Assembly: GCA_964438965.1 (NCBI GenBank) | Contig: CAYTND010000001.1 | Coordinates: 1-25,027 of the forward strand | Direction of reading: 5' to 3' | DNA length: 25,027 nt | From: an uncultured Pirellulales bacterium | GTDB taxonomy: Bacteria > Planctomycetota > Phycisphaerae > Sedimentisphaerales > Anaerobacaceae | Part shown: piece by piece, positions 9,380-16,889 of the stretch | Layout: each line of letters starts with the position of its first letter | Numbering within the stretch: position 1 is the first letter of the stretch | Position numbers and translations under genes: made by a program | Notes under the pieces: model-generated | The model's database searches: none | What the model was told of the DNA's origin: nothing | Seen by the model: the letters and a program-made list of their open reading frames with translations, nothing else

Positions 9380-10366
9380 TCAAAGCGTAATCAGATTCCA
9401 CAAGCGGTCAAGCGATTCGATGGTCTTCTGCAATGCTGCATTGTCTTCCATCCTGCGCAGTTCTCTATCAAAGGGTTCACATTCGACTGGGCCGTCGTAA
9501 CCGATTTTAACCAGGGCGTTGATAAATCCTTTCATATCGATCACTTCGGTGGTTACCGGCAGTCCGCGCCGGTTATCGATTTGCTGGTCAACGTGGATAC
9601 CCGACGGCGCATCGTTGACATGAACGTGTATAACATCCTTGTTCGATAACTTAAGCAGTTCCTCCACTGTTCCATGTGAGGTGTACCAATGCCAGCTATC
9701 CAGTAGAAGCCCTACATTTCCTGTGCCGATTGCCTTTACCAATTCCATCATGCCCAACTGTGTGCAGATAAAAGGAAAACGGTATCGCGCGCGTGAGGTT
9801 CTGGGCCCAACGAATTCCAGACCCAGCTGGATGCCGTTATCTTTAAGCATCTTCGCCACTTCGCGGAAGCGTCTTTTGCCCTGCTCGAAATTTTGCAGGT
9901 ACGTGAGTTCCCTGTGGCCGGGCGTAATCCAGGTCGCTACACGTTTCACGCCCAATTGCTTCAAAACATTCGCCTGTTTGGGCAGTCGCGCAAGGTCTCT
10001 CTGAAATCGATTTTCGTCTCTGCGAAACTCGACAGGTAGGCCACCCGTGCTATATCGAATTCCCTTTTCTTTCATTGTCTCCACCCATTCGCGAATCTCC
10101 GTGGTAGATTTGTTCTCAAATTCGCCCAGACTTGGCGTGATACTGTCAAAGCCATATTTCACTGCATACTCCAGAGCCTGCCGCTGATTGGCCTTCACGC
10201 CGATGTGACCTGGCGCCAAGTTCCTGTAGAATTTAACTCTATTCTTCATCCCCGATGCCTCGGTTGATTGTTTGGAAAATTGAAGCGCCATGGCCGCGGT
10301 AATCGCCGACCGGCAAAACGTACGCCTTGATAACACCTTAGTTTGTTTCATTTTCGGCTTATTCAT
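9380..10366 (-). CDS. Sugar phosphate isomerase/epimerase family TIM-barrel protein (xylose isomerase-like) with twin-arginine leader
   Basis: GLEFVG, LLDSWHW, HVHVND and ECEPF metal-binding pattern. Leader SRRTFC. AGGAG SD lies upstream. Confidence 0.88.
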   Translation of the reverse strand: MNKPKMKQTKVLSRRTFCRSAITAAMALQFSKQSTEASGMKNRVKFYRNLAPGHIGVKANQRQALEYAVKYGFDSITPSLGEFENKSTTEIREWVETMKEKGIRYSTGGLPVEFRRDENRFQRDLARLPKQANVLKQLGVKRVATWITPGHRELTYLQNFEQGKRRFREVAKMLKDNGIQLGLEFVGPRTSRARYRFPFICTQLGMMELVKAIGTGNVGLLLDSWHWYTSHGTVEELLKLSNKDVIHVHVNDAPSGIHVDQQIDNRRGLPVTTEVIDMKGFINALVKIGYDGPVECEPFDRELRRMEDNAALQKTIESLDRLWNLITL

Positions 10367-10420
10367 GATCGTTTCTCCTGTCTGCTCACAAGATTCATAT
10401 ATGCCATTAGGTAATATAAT

Positions 10421-10448
10421 ATTATAATACTACTTTTCGAAATCTCAA
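10421..10448 (-). promoter_or_regulatory. Candidate sigma70-type promoter for the isomerase gene
   Basis: Minus strand TTGAGA-N16-TATAAT, 55 nt upstream of the ATG at 10366. Confidence 0.45.
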
Positions 10449-10536
10449 GCTCTATGAGAATCTATAACTGTCCGTGTGTGCAACCGCTCCTTGCTTGCAA
10501 AGGAAGAAGAACGCCGTATTGTCCAGAGGTGAAAGC

Positions 10537-10567
10537 AAGGTCGTAGGGTCGAAATCCTCCCCCGCTA
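10537..10567 (+). other. Degenerate 3' end of an initiator tRNA-Met-like sequence (possible att scar), not an intact tRNA
   Basis: AAGGTCGTAGGGTCGAAATCCTCCCCCGCTA resembles the fMet-type 3' part AAGGTCGTAGGTTCAAATCCTACCCCCGC(A/T)A. No matching D arm, anticodon arm or 5' acceptor strand lies upstream. Confidence 0.4.
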
Positions 10568-10574
10568 TTAATAC

Positions 10575-10601
10575 CTGGAGATAAAATCCAGACCCTTTTT
10601 T
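10575..10601 (+). terminator. Weak intrinsic terminator-like hairpin
   Basis: CTGGA-gataaaa-TCCAG followed by ACCC and TTTTTT. Confidence 0.35.
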
Positions 10602-10671
10602 CAGCACAAAATCACCGTATCGACAAAGAACTTGGCTGCGCCGAATCGTCCGGAGCGTTGAGCCTTTGATC

Positions 10672-11220
10672 TCATCTGAGACTGGCCATCGTTAGTGCTA
10701 CAGCTTGTTGAAGCTGTTCAGGAGTTAGCAATTCAATCTGCCCACCCAGCCGCAATACGCTGCAGTGTCCATCATGGACAGGTTTAGGTTCGTAAAGAAG
10801 AACGTTCGCAGGTGACATGCCACCATTTTGACCAGGAATGTAAACATATTTCCCGGCGTCAGGAGCTGGACATTTAAATAACTGTGTACTTCCACTCCAT
10901 TCCACTAATGCTTGGAATGATGGTGGAAATCTATCGTTGCTGATGGCGTAAATTTGTATGTTCTGTCCAATTGCTCGAAGGTTTGTTTGGCACTTCACCG
11001 TTATGGCGGTATATTTTGTATCTATCATGGTTTGAGTATATTGCTGTCCTGCCTGACCTAAACTCTTGATAATCCACCAAATCCCCAAGCCGAGAAGCCC
11101 AAAAACAATTAGAGCAAAGACAAGGTTAATAATCGTACCACCATGCAAATTTGTTCGTTGAGCCAGTTTGGACCCTCTGAAACGAGCTTGTTCGCCAAAT
11201 TTTCTTTTCGAAAGTTTCAT
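10672..11220 (-). CDS. Hypothetical single-TM protein, degenerate prepilin/H-X9-DG-like
   Basis: Basic N-terminus, LHG|GTIINLVF, a hydrophobic helix, then KCQTNLRAIG, FPP, LFKCP and HDGHCSVLRLGG. A purine-rich SD (AAGGGGGA) lies upstream of ATG 11220. Confidence 0.8.
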   Translation of the reverse strand: MKLSKRKFGEQARFRGSKLAQRTNLHGGTIINLVFALIVFGLLGLGIWWIIKSLGQAGQQYTQTMIDTKYTAITVKCQTNLRAIGQNIQIYAISNDRFPPSFQALVEWSGSTQLFKCPAPDAGKYVYIPGQNGGMSPANVLLYEPKPVHDGHCSVLRLGGQIELLTPEQLQQAVALTMASLR

Positions 11221-11291
11221 AATTCCCCCTTTTCTTAGCTCCAGTTAAGGTTCTGTCTTGAGTTGGCATACTACACCTCCGTAACAATCGT

Positions 11292-12068
11292 TCAGAATGC
11301 ATCGTATCCGAGGCTTCCCCAAATGCCCCTTTGGATCCATTGAACATCCTCCTTGCCTTCCTCCGTTGCAGGAGTGAAAAGCCCCACCCAAGTCCGTACG
11401 TTATCACGTCCCTGCTTGATCGTTTCAATACCCTTCCACTTGTGGTATTCGGCGCGTCCATCCGCATAAGCAAAATTGGTCCCGTCACCGTGTCTTGTGA
11501 CCGGCTGGTCCCACCACTTGGGCTCGCTGTACCTTGTGGAGTAGGCGTCAGGGCTTGATAGACCTTCGTCGATGAAGATGAGCCTCTGAGCCGGCTGTGG
11601 AATGAGCATCCGTTTTTTGAAAACAGGACTGCCTTCTACGGACCTGCCGTTGCAGGCTATCATCATGGCGTATGTCATCAGTTCCCCCCGATATCCCGTA
11701 GGGCATTTGTAGAGTTGCACCTCTCTGACGTAGGGCCATAATGCGCCGGCTTTAATCCCCTTTACCTGGTCATTCTCAGGTAATTGTCCACCCTGGGTCC
11801 ATCCAGACGCCCAGGTCACGCCCACCCAGGGCTCACCAAACTGGCTCCTCCACTGGCCGCCTGCCTCGCTGCTGACCAGTTTATCGTCGTTGTCGTCCGC
11901 ATACAGAATCCATGCCAAGCCTATTTGCTTTAGATTGCTCAGACAAACCGCCCGCTGGCCCTGCTCTCTGGCTCTCTGGAGGGTTGGCATCAATATTGCC
12001 ATCAATAAGGCGACGATAGCAATCACCACCAAAAGCTCTATTAATGTAAAGCCATTTGCTCTGCGCAT
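11292..12068 (-). CDS. Prepilin-type N-terminal cleavage/methylation protein with H-X9-DG domain (DUF1559-like)
   Basis: MRRANG|[24 protein letters not shown] class III signal, [15 protein letters not shown] and an exact H-X9-DG ([12 protein letters not shown]). Confidence 0.93.
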   Translation of the reverse strand: MRRANGFTLIELLVVIAIVALLMAILMPTLQRAREQGQRAVCLSNLKQIGLAWILYADDNDDKLVSSEAGGQWRSQFGEPWVGVTWASGWTQGGQLPENDQVKGIKAGALWPYVREVQLYKCPTGYRGELMTYAMMIACNGRSVEGSPVFKKRMLIPQPAQRLIFIDEGLSSPDAYSTRYSEPKWWDQPVTRHGDGTNFAYADGRAEYHKWKGIETIKQGRDNVRTWVGLFTPATEEGKEDVQWIQRGIWGSLGYDAF

Positions 12069-12131
12069 AACTTTTGACCATCTCTTTCAAAGAGAGATAA
12101 TGAGTTTCGCTGGTATGTTTGTCTGCCCATA

Positions 12132-12161
12132 ATTATAACACAATCAATCGTGGTAAAGCAA
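12132..12161 (-). promoter_or_regulatory. Candidate sigma70-type promoter with extended -10 for the prepilin-like genes
   Basis: Minus strand TTGCTT-N18-TATAAT with TG at the extended -10 position (TGtTATAAT). Confidence 0.5.
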
Positions 12162-12312
12162 GCTGCTGGCTGGACTTTAAGTCATGGATTCTGATACTCC
12201 TCAAGACCAATTTGTCCTATAAAGATGTCTCAAGAAAAGTTGAAGTTTGAGTAATTTTTCCTTGCCTCATTTGGCGATATATATTATTGTGCTATTTAAG
12301 CGTTCCAAGGGT

Positions 12313-12340
12313 GGAACCAACCTCTGTCCAGCACGTCAAA
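12313..12340 (+). promoter_or_regulatory. Candidate ECF (sigmaE-type) promoter
   Basis: GGAACC-N16-GTCAAA, matching the GGAAC-N16/17-TCAAA pattern of RpoE-type promoters. Confidence 0.4.
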
Positions 12341-12477
12341 CCCAAGCCCTTCTTAATAATAATTAGGACAAATTGTTATTTAAGGAGATAAGCTGCGCTT
12401 GTCAAGGGCCAATAGTACCACGTGACATTTAGTCTAACCTATTACAAAATAGACATTTACGCCCTTGGGCTCCTCAC

Positions 12478-12506
12478 TCGCCATTTTACCCACTTTCTGC
12501 TATAAT
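12478..12506 (+). promoter_or_regulatory. Candidate sigma70-type promoter with extended -10 for the beta-propeller gene
   Basis: TCGCCA-N17-TATAAT with TGc immediately before TATAAT. Confidence 0.5.
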
Positions 12507-12650
12507 CTCTGTATCAAAAGAGATTGAAGGAGACCACATTAGCTGCTAAAATATAAATTCGAGAACATTGTGAAGCCGGAAAGGATGCTTCGGTAGTAAA
12601 GCCACCGGTTTCGAGAAGAAACTAAAACGTTTGAAAAACAAGGACTGGAC

Positions 12651-13916
12651 ATGATAAACAGAACAGCAGGGCGGGGCTTTTCTTTGCTTTTTGGCATATT
12701 ATTGACTTCCGTTGTGCAGGGACACGAGTGGACCCGGTTCCGTGGCCCGAATGGCCAGGGGATAAGTCAGGCTCAAACAATTCCGGTCAAATGGACAGAA
12801 CAGGATTTCAACTGGAAGGTGAAACTGCCGGCAGGAGGCCACAGTTCACCGGTGATCTGGGAGGATAAGGTGTTTGTGACCTGTGAGAATCCTGAGTCGG
12901 CTGGAGGTATACTTTTGGCCCTTGACGTTTCCGATGGCCATACGTTATGGAAAAAGCAATATAAGCTCACCGCCTATAGCCACCATCGAGACAACAGCTT
13001 CGCTGCTGCTACACCTGTTGTAAATGCCGACCACATTTACGTCCTCTGGCAAACAAGCAAGGAGACGATTCTCGCCGCTGTTGACCATAGCGGCCATGAA
13101 ATCTGGCAACGCACTTTCCCAGGGATATATTCTCGGTTTGGGCCGGGAACCTCACCCATGCTTTTTAATGATATCGTGGTGTTTACTCATGAGCATTGGG
13201 AAGGTGGTAAAGAATACCAAAGTGCCTGGATTGCCCTCGACCGAACAACGGGCCAAACGCGCTGGACAAGAGAGCGAAGTAACAGCCAGATATCCTATTC
13301 AACACCTTGTGTTTACTCTCCGGGAACAGGCGAACCTCAATTGATTTTTACCAGCCAGGCCCATGGAATGACCGGTGTGGACCCTCATACAGGAAGGGTA
13401 ATATGGGAATTACAATCGGTGCTGCCGGCTCGAGTTGTTAGCTCGCCGGTTATTGCGGGTGATTTGCTAATCGGCGCTTGCGGCAAAGGTTCGGCAGGGA
13501 AACAGTTAGTGGCCGTCCGAGCCGGCTCCGGAGGCAATCCCAAACAACCAGAGGTGGTTTACACATGCACCGGAAAGTCCGCTCCGTATGTTCCTACATC
13601 CTTAGCTAAAGATGGTCTGCTCTTTACTTTTCACGACCAAGGAGATGTTAGTTGCCTGCGTATTGACACCGGTGATGTGCTCTGGTGCGAAAAACCGGGC
13701 GGCAAGTTTTACGGATCTCCGATATGGGTCAACGGTTTACTGTACTGTATCAACAGAGAGGGCAAAGTTGTCGTTATTAAGGCGGCCCCGACCTACGAGT
13801 TGTTGGCGGTCAATTCATTAGGTGAAAAGAGCCAGGCTACCCCCGCGGTTGCCGGTGATAAGATGTACCTGCGAACATATTCACATCTGCTCTCGATTGG
13901 GAGCAGGACGGAATAA
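12651..13916 (+). CDS. Secreted PQQ-binding-like beta-propeller repeat protein (BamB-like fold)
   Basis: Sec leader then EWTRFRGPNGQG, followed by repeated blades (GGHSSPVIWEDKVFV, SYSTPCVY, VVSSPVIAGDLL, FYGSPIWVNGLLY, SQATPAVAGDKMYLRT). AAGGA SD lies upstream. Confidence 0.92.
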   Translation: MINRTAGRGFSLLFGILLTSVVQGHEWTRFRGPNGQGISQAQTIPVKWTEQDFNWKVKLPAGGHSSPVIWEDKVFVTCENPESAGGILLALDVSDGHTLWKKQYKLTAYSHHRDNSFAAATPVVNADHIYVLWQTSKETILAAVDHSGHEIWQRTFPGIYSRFGPGTSPMLFNDIVVFTHEHWEGGKEYQSAWIALDRTTGQTRWTRERSNSQISYSTPCVYSPGTGEPQLIFTSQAHGMTGVDPHTGRVIWELQSVLPARVVSSPVIAGDLLIGACGKGSAGKQLVAVRAGSGGNPKQPEVVYTCTGKSAPYVPTSLAKDGLLFTFHDQGDVSCLRIDTGDVLWCEKPGGKFYGSPIWVNGLLYCINREGKVVVIKAAPTYELLAVNSLGEKSQATPAVAGDKMYLRTYSHLLSIGSRTE

Positions 13917-14045
13917 CTCGCCTTTGAGTTTTCTCTCAACACTCACCTTGCCTATAAAATACAAGCGACCGCTCTCTTTCTGGCGTGTCCAGAGGTGGTC
14001 CCTGAGGTAATCTGTTTGTTCGCTGTCCATCGTAGCAAAGAATGT

Positions 14046-14400
14046 TCAGATCATCCACCAGTCTCCGGGGCTAACGGATTTAAGTCTGAACTATCTTTGT
14101 TCTTTCGGCAGCGACTCCAGCAGCTCCTTGGCTTTCCTACCGATGGCTTCGGCAGCCAAATCGACATTCTTTTCGCCCACTTTGGTTGATGCATGCTTAC
14201 GAGGATCCAATCCACCAATCCCATCGGGAGGTTTCATTTTGGGAGCAAGGGGGCCGGTCCCCAGCTCGGAAAGGTCCACAAGCCCGGGATAAAAGAACAT
14301 CATGTCTGATGTCTCCCATTTGGCAGCATAGTCAGTGTTTGATTCCACACCCCGGCTGAGTGATACTTCCCAAAGCCCGATTCTGTCCGTAGCGAGTCTG
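14046..14400 (-). pseudogene. Remnant of a creatininase-family (creatinine amidohydrolase-like) gene; left and right limits approximate
   Basis: IGLWEVSLSRGVESNTDYAAKWETSDMMFFYPGLVDLSEL...DPRKHAS..VGEKNVDLAAEAIGRKAKELL resembles the DHAxxxETSxMxxxxPxLV C-terminal half of the family. The N-terminal half is absent (in-frame TAA just upstream, about 14424-14426). A TAG at 14091-14093 is followed by 14 more in-frame codons (FRLKSVSPGDWWMI) to TGA at 14046. Confidence 0.65.
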
Positions 14401-14860
14401 TCTGTATGGCCAAGATAATATAATTAGTTGCACGAAGCAAATTTACGTAAGTTCTTTAATGACAAGGTGGACGAGGTTATTCGGGTGGACACCCAACAAA
14501 AACCTTTGGTAAAAAGAAGCCCATTTGAGGTGAAATGGGTGCGAAAGACCTGCCTTTTTTTGAAATTATTTGAATACAAGAGAATGACGGAAAAATTTAT
14601 TTACAAAAGAGGTTGCGCCCAAACCCCCTTTCCCGTCTATAATAGTGAAGTCTTGAAGGATTAACGTCAGGAGGTTTTTTGCTGAAGTAATAATTTCCTG
14701 GAAATTTCCGGCTATTTTCAGTAGAATACATTGTGTAAACACACGGCAAGCTCAAGGCCTGTTTCATATAAGTTAAGGAATTCTTGTAACAGAATTCGTT
14801 ATCTGGCATCTATAATTTTAGTGGACTGGTTAGTAATAACCAAAATTGCGAAGGGCTGAT

Positions 14861-15901
14861 ATGGAACAGGTAACCGGGCAAAGAGTTAAAAACGCACAGG
14901 CAAGCGGAGCTGTTGATGAGAGCCAACTAATGGCTCGCTTACACAAGGGCTATGCCAGCTTAAAGCAACAGATACACAGAGTAATCGTCGGCCAGGACAA
15001 GGTGATTGACCCGATGCTTTGTTGTATGCTTGCCGGAGGACACTGTATCATTCAGGGAGTGCCTGGTCTTGCCAAGACGATGATGGTGCAGGCGATATCG
15101 GATGCAATGAGGCTGTCGTTCAACCGAATTCAATTCACGCCCGATTTGATGCCTTCGGATATAACCGGCGCCGACATTATCCAGAGAGACCCACAGTCTA
15201 AGAAAAGGCGATATGAGTTTGTTAAAGGTCCCATTTTTGCAAACGTGGTTTTAGCCGATGAGATAAATCGCACGCCTCCTAAGACCCAGGCGGCACTTCT
15301 GCAGGCGATGCAGGAACGAGAAGTTACAGTTGTCGGCAGGACATACAAGCTTGAGGAGCCGTTTTTTGTTCTCGCCACTCAGAACCCCATCGAGCAGGAG
15401 GGGACATATCCGTTACCGGAGGCTGCTCTGGACAGGTTTATGTTTATGATTTATATCGACTACCCCACAGCCAGGGAAGAACACATGATAGTTAAGCAAA
15501 CCACGACGAGCAAGAAGATGTCCGTCCAGCAAGTGCTTGACAGGAATGATATGGTGCTGTTTCAGGAGATTGTTCGAATGGCCCCTGTCAGTGATATGGT
15601 GATAGCGTATTGCATCAGGCTGGCCCGTGCGACCAGGCCGGGCGACCTGCTTGCCACCCCGATGGTTAAGAAATATCTCAAATGGGGGGCCGGCCCGAGG
15701 GCAGGACAGTTTATGACGCTCGGCGCAAAGGCAAGGGCACTGATAAACAAACGCATTACGCCGGGCTTTGACGATGTGAGAGTTGTCAGCAAACTTGTGC
15801 TCAGGCATCGTATTATTCCCAATTTCAATGCCGAGGCCGACGGTATCAGCGTCGAAGGGATTCTTGACGACCTCGTTGAGAATGTACCATTGCCCAAATA
15901 G
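14861..15901 (+). CDS. moxR: MoxR-family AAA+ ATPase
   Basis: Walker A GVPGLAKT, RIQFTPDLMPSDITG, Walker B VVLADEINR, PPKTQAALLQAMQE and NPIEQEGTYPLPEAALDRF. ATG 14861 with AAGGG SD is preferred over the track's TTG at 14846. Confidence 0.96.
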   Translation: MEQVTGQRVKNAQASGAVDESQLMARLHKGYASLKQQIHRVIVGQDKVIDPMLCCMLAGGHCIIQGVPGLAKTMMVQAISDAMRLSFNRIQFTPDLMPSDITGADIIQRDPQSKKRRYEFVKGPIFANVVLADEINRTPPKTQAALLQAMQEREVTVVGRTYKLEEPFFVLATQNPIEQEGTYPLPEAALDRFMFMIYIDYPTAREEHMIVKQTTTSKKMSVQQVLDRNDMVLFQEIVRMAPVSDMVIAYCIRLARATRPGDLLATPMVKKYLKWGAGPRAGQFMTLGAKARALINKRITPGFDDVRVVSKLVLRHRIIPNFNAEADGISVEGILDDLVENVPLPK

Positions 15902-15992
15902 CCCGCACAACGACCGGCCTGTTGCGGCGTGGCCACGCCACGACGGGCGGGGAAAGGGATTCCTGTGGGAATTCATTTGATGGGGCAAGACA

Positions 15993-16889
15993 GTGAAGCA
16001 AAGCCGTAAATATCTTGACCCGATATTTCTGAGCAAGCTGGCGAATATGGACCTGGTCGCCCGCTGTGCAGTGGAAGGCTTCTTTTCAGGGCTGCACCCA
16101 AGCCCGTTCCACGGGTTCAGTGTTGAATACAGTGACCACAGAGAATACCATCTCGGCGATGAGCTGAAATTTGTCGATTGGAAAGTTTTCGGCCGCAGCG
16201 ACAAACTGTATATTAAGCAGTTCCAGCAGGAGACAAATACAACGGCCTACATACTGCTGGACACCAGCAAAAGTATGTCATTTGCCGGAGACGGCCGGGT
16301 CAGGAAGATTGATTATGCGTCTTTTCTTGCGGCGGCTTTGAGCTATCTGATGCTCAGCCAAAGTGACAGCACATCGCTCGTATTGTTTGCTGAGAAAGTG
16401 ATAAAGTACATCCCGCCCAGGTCAAAACGCACGCATCTAAACATAATCCTGGCGGCCCTGCAATATAACAGGCCCGAAGGCCAGACCAACCTTGCCGGTG
16501 TTCTTCATACCATCGCCGAGACCACAAAACGGCGAGGTCTTATCATTCTGATTTCCGATTTACTCGACGACGAAGACGACATTTACAAAGGCCTGGCACA
16601 TTTGAAATTTCTTAAACATGACGTGATTGTTTTTCACACGATGGACCATCAGGAGCTTAATCTTGATTACGAAGGGCTGATTCAATTTGAAGATTTGGAA
16701 TCGAAAGCTAAGATACGTGCCTTTCCGCAGTCTTTGCGAGACGGCTATCGCATGCGCGTGGCAGAGTTCATCGATGACATAGAAAAAACCACCGGCAAAA
16801 GTAACATCGATTATTGTCTTCTTGATACTTCCGAGCCTCTCGATAGGGCGTTGATAGCGTACTTAGCCAGGCGAAAGAGAATGATGTGA
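15993..16889 (+). CDS. DUF58 family vWA-like protein (MoxR partner)
   Basis: GLHPSPFHGFSVEYSDHREYHLGDELKFVDWKVFGRSDKLYIKQF; MIDAS-type DTSKS; ILISDLLD. GTG start. Confidence 0.92.
   Translation: MKQSRKYLDPIFLSKLANMDLVARCAVEGFFSGLHPSPFHGFSVEYSDHREYHLGDELKFVDWKVFGRSDKLYIKQFQQETNTTAYILLDTSKSMSFAGDGRVRKIDYASFLAAALSYLMLSQSDSTSLVLFAEKVIKYIPPRSKRTHLNIILAALQYNRPEGQTNLAGVLHTIAETTKRRGLIILISDLLDDEDDIYKGLAHLKFLKHDVIVFHTMDHQELNLDYEGLIQFEDLESKAKIRAFPQSLRDGYRMRVAEFIDDIEKTTGKSNIDYCLLDTSEPLDRALIAYLARRKRMM

Noticed and set aside
10415-10426. 12-bp palindrome TATAATATTATA giving back-to-back -10 hexamers
   Set aside because: It is pure A/T low complexity and no plus-strand -35 or target gene was found; only the minus-strand promoter was kept.
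14091-14093. In-frame TAG as possible stop-codon recoding
   Set aside because: TAG terminates moxR (15899-15901) and the BatA gene (18941-18943) normally, and the surrounding gene is otherwise decayed.
15412-15440. MoxR motif reads PEAALDRF instead of the more familiar PEAQLDRF
   Set aside because: It is a single substitution with the arginine finger (DRF) intact, within normal family variation as far as can be judged.
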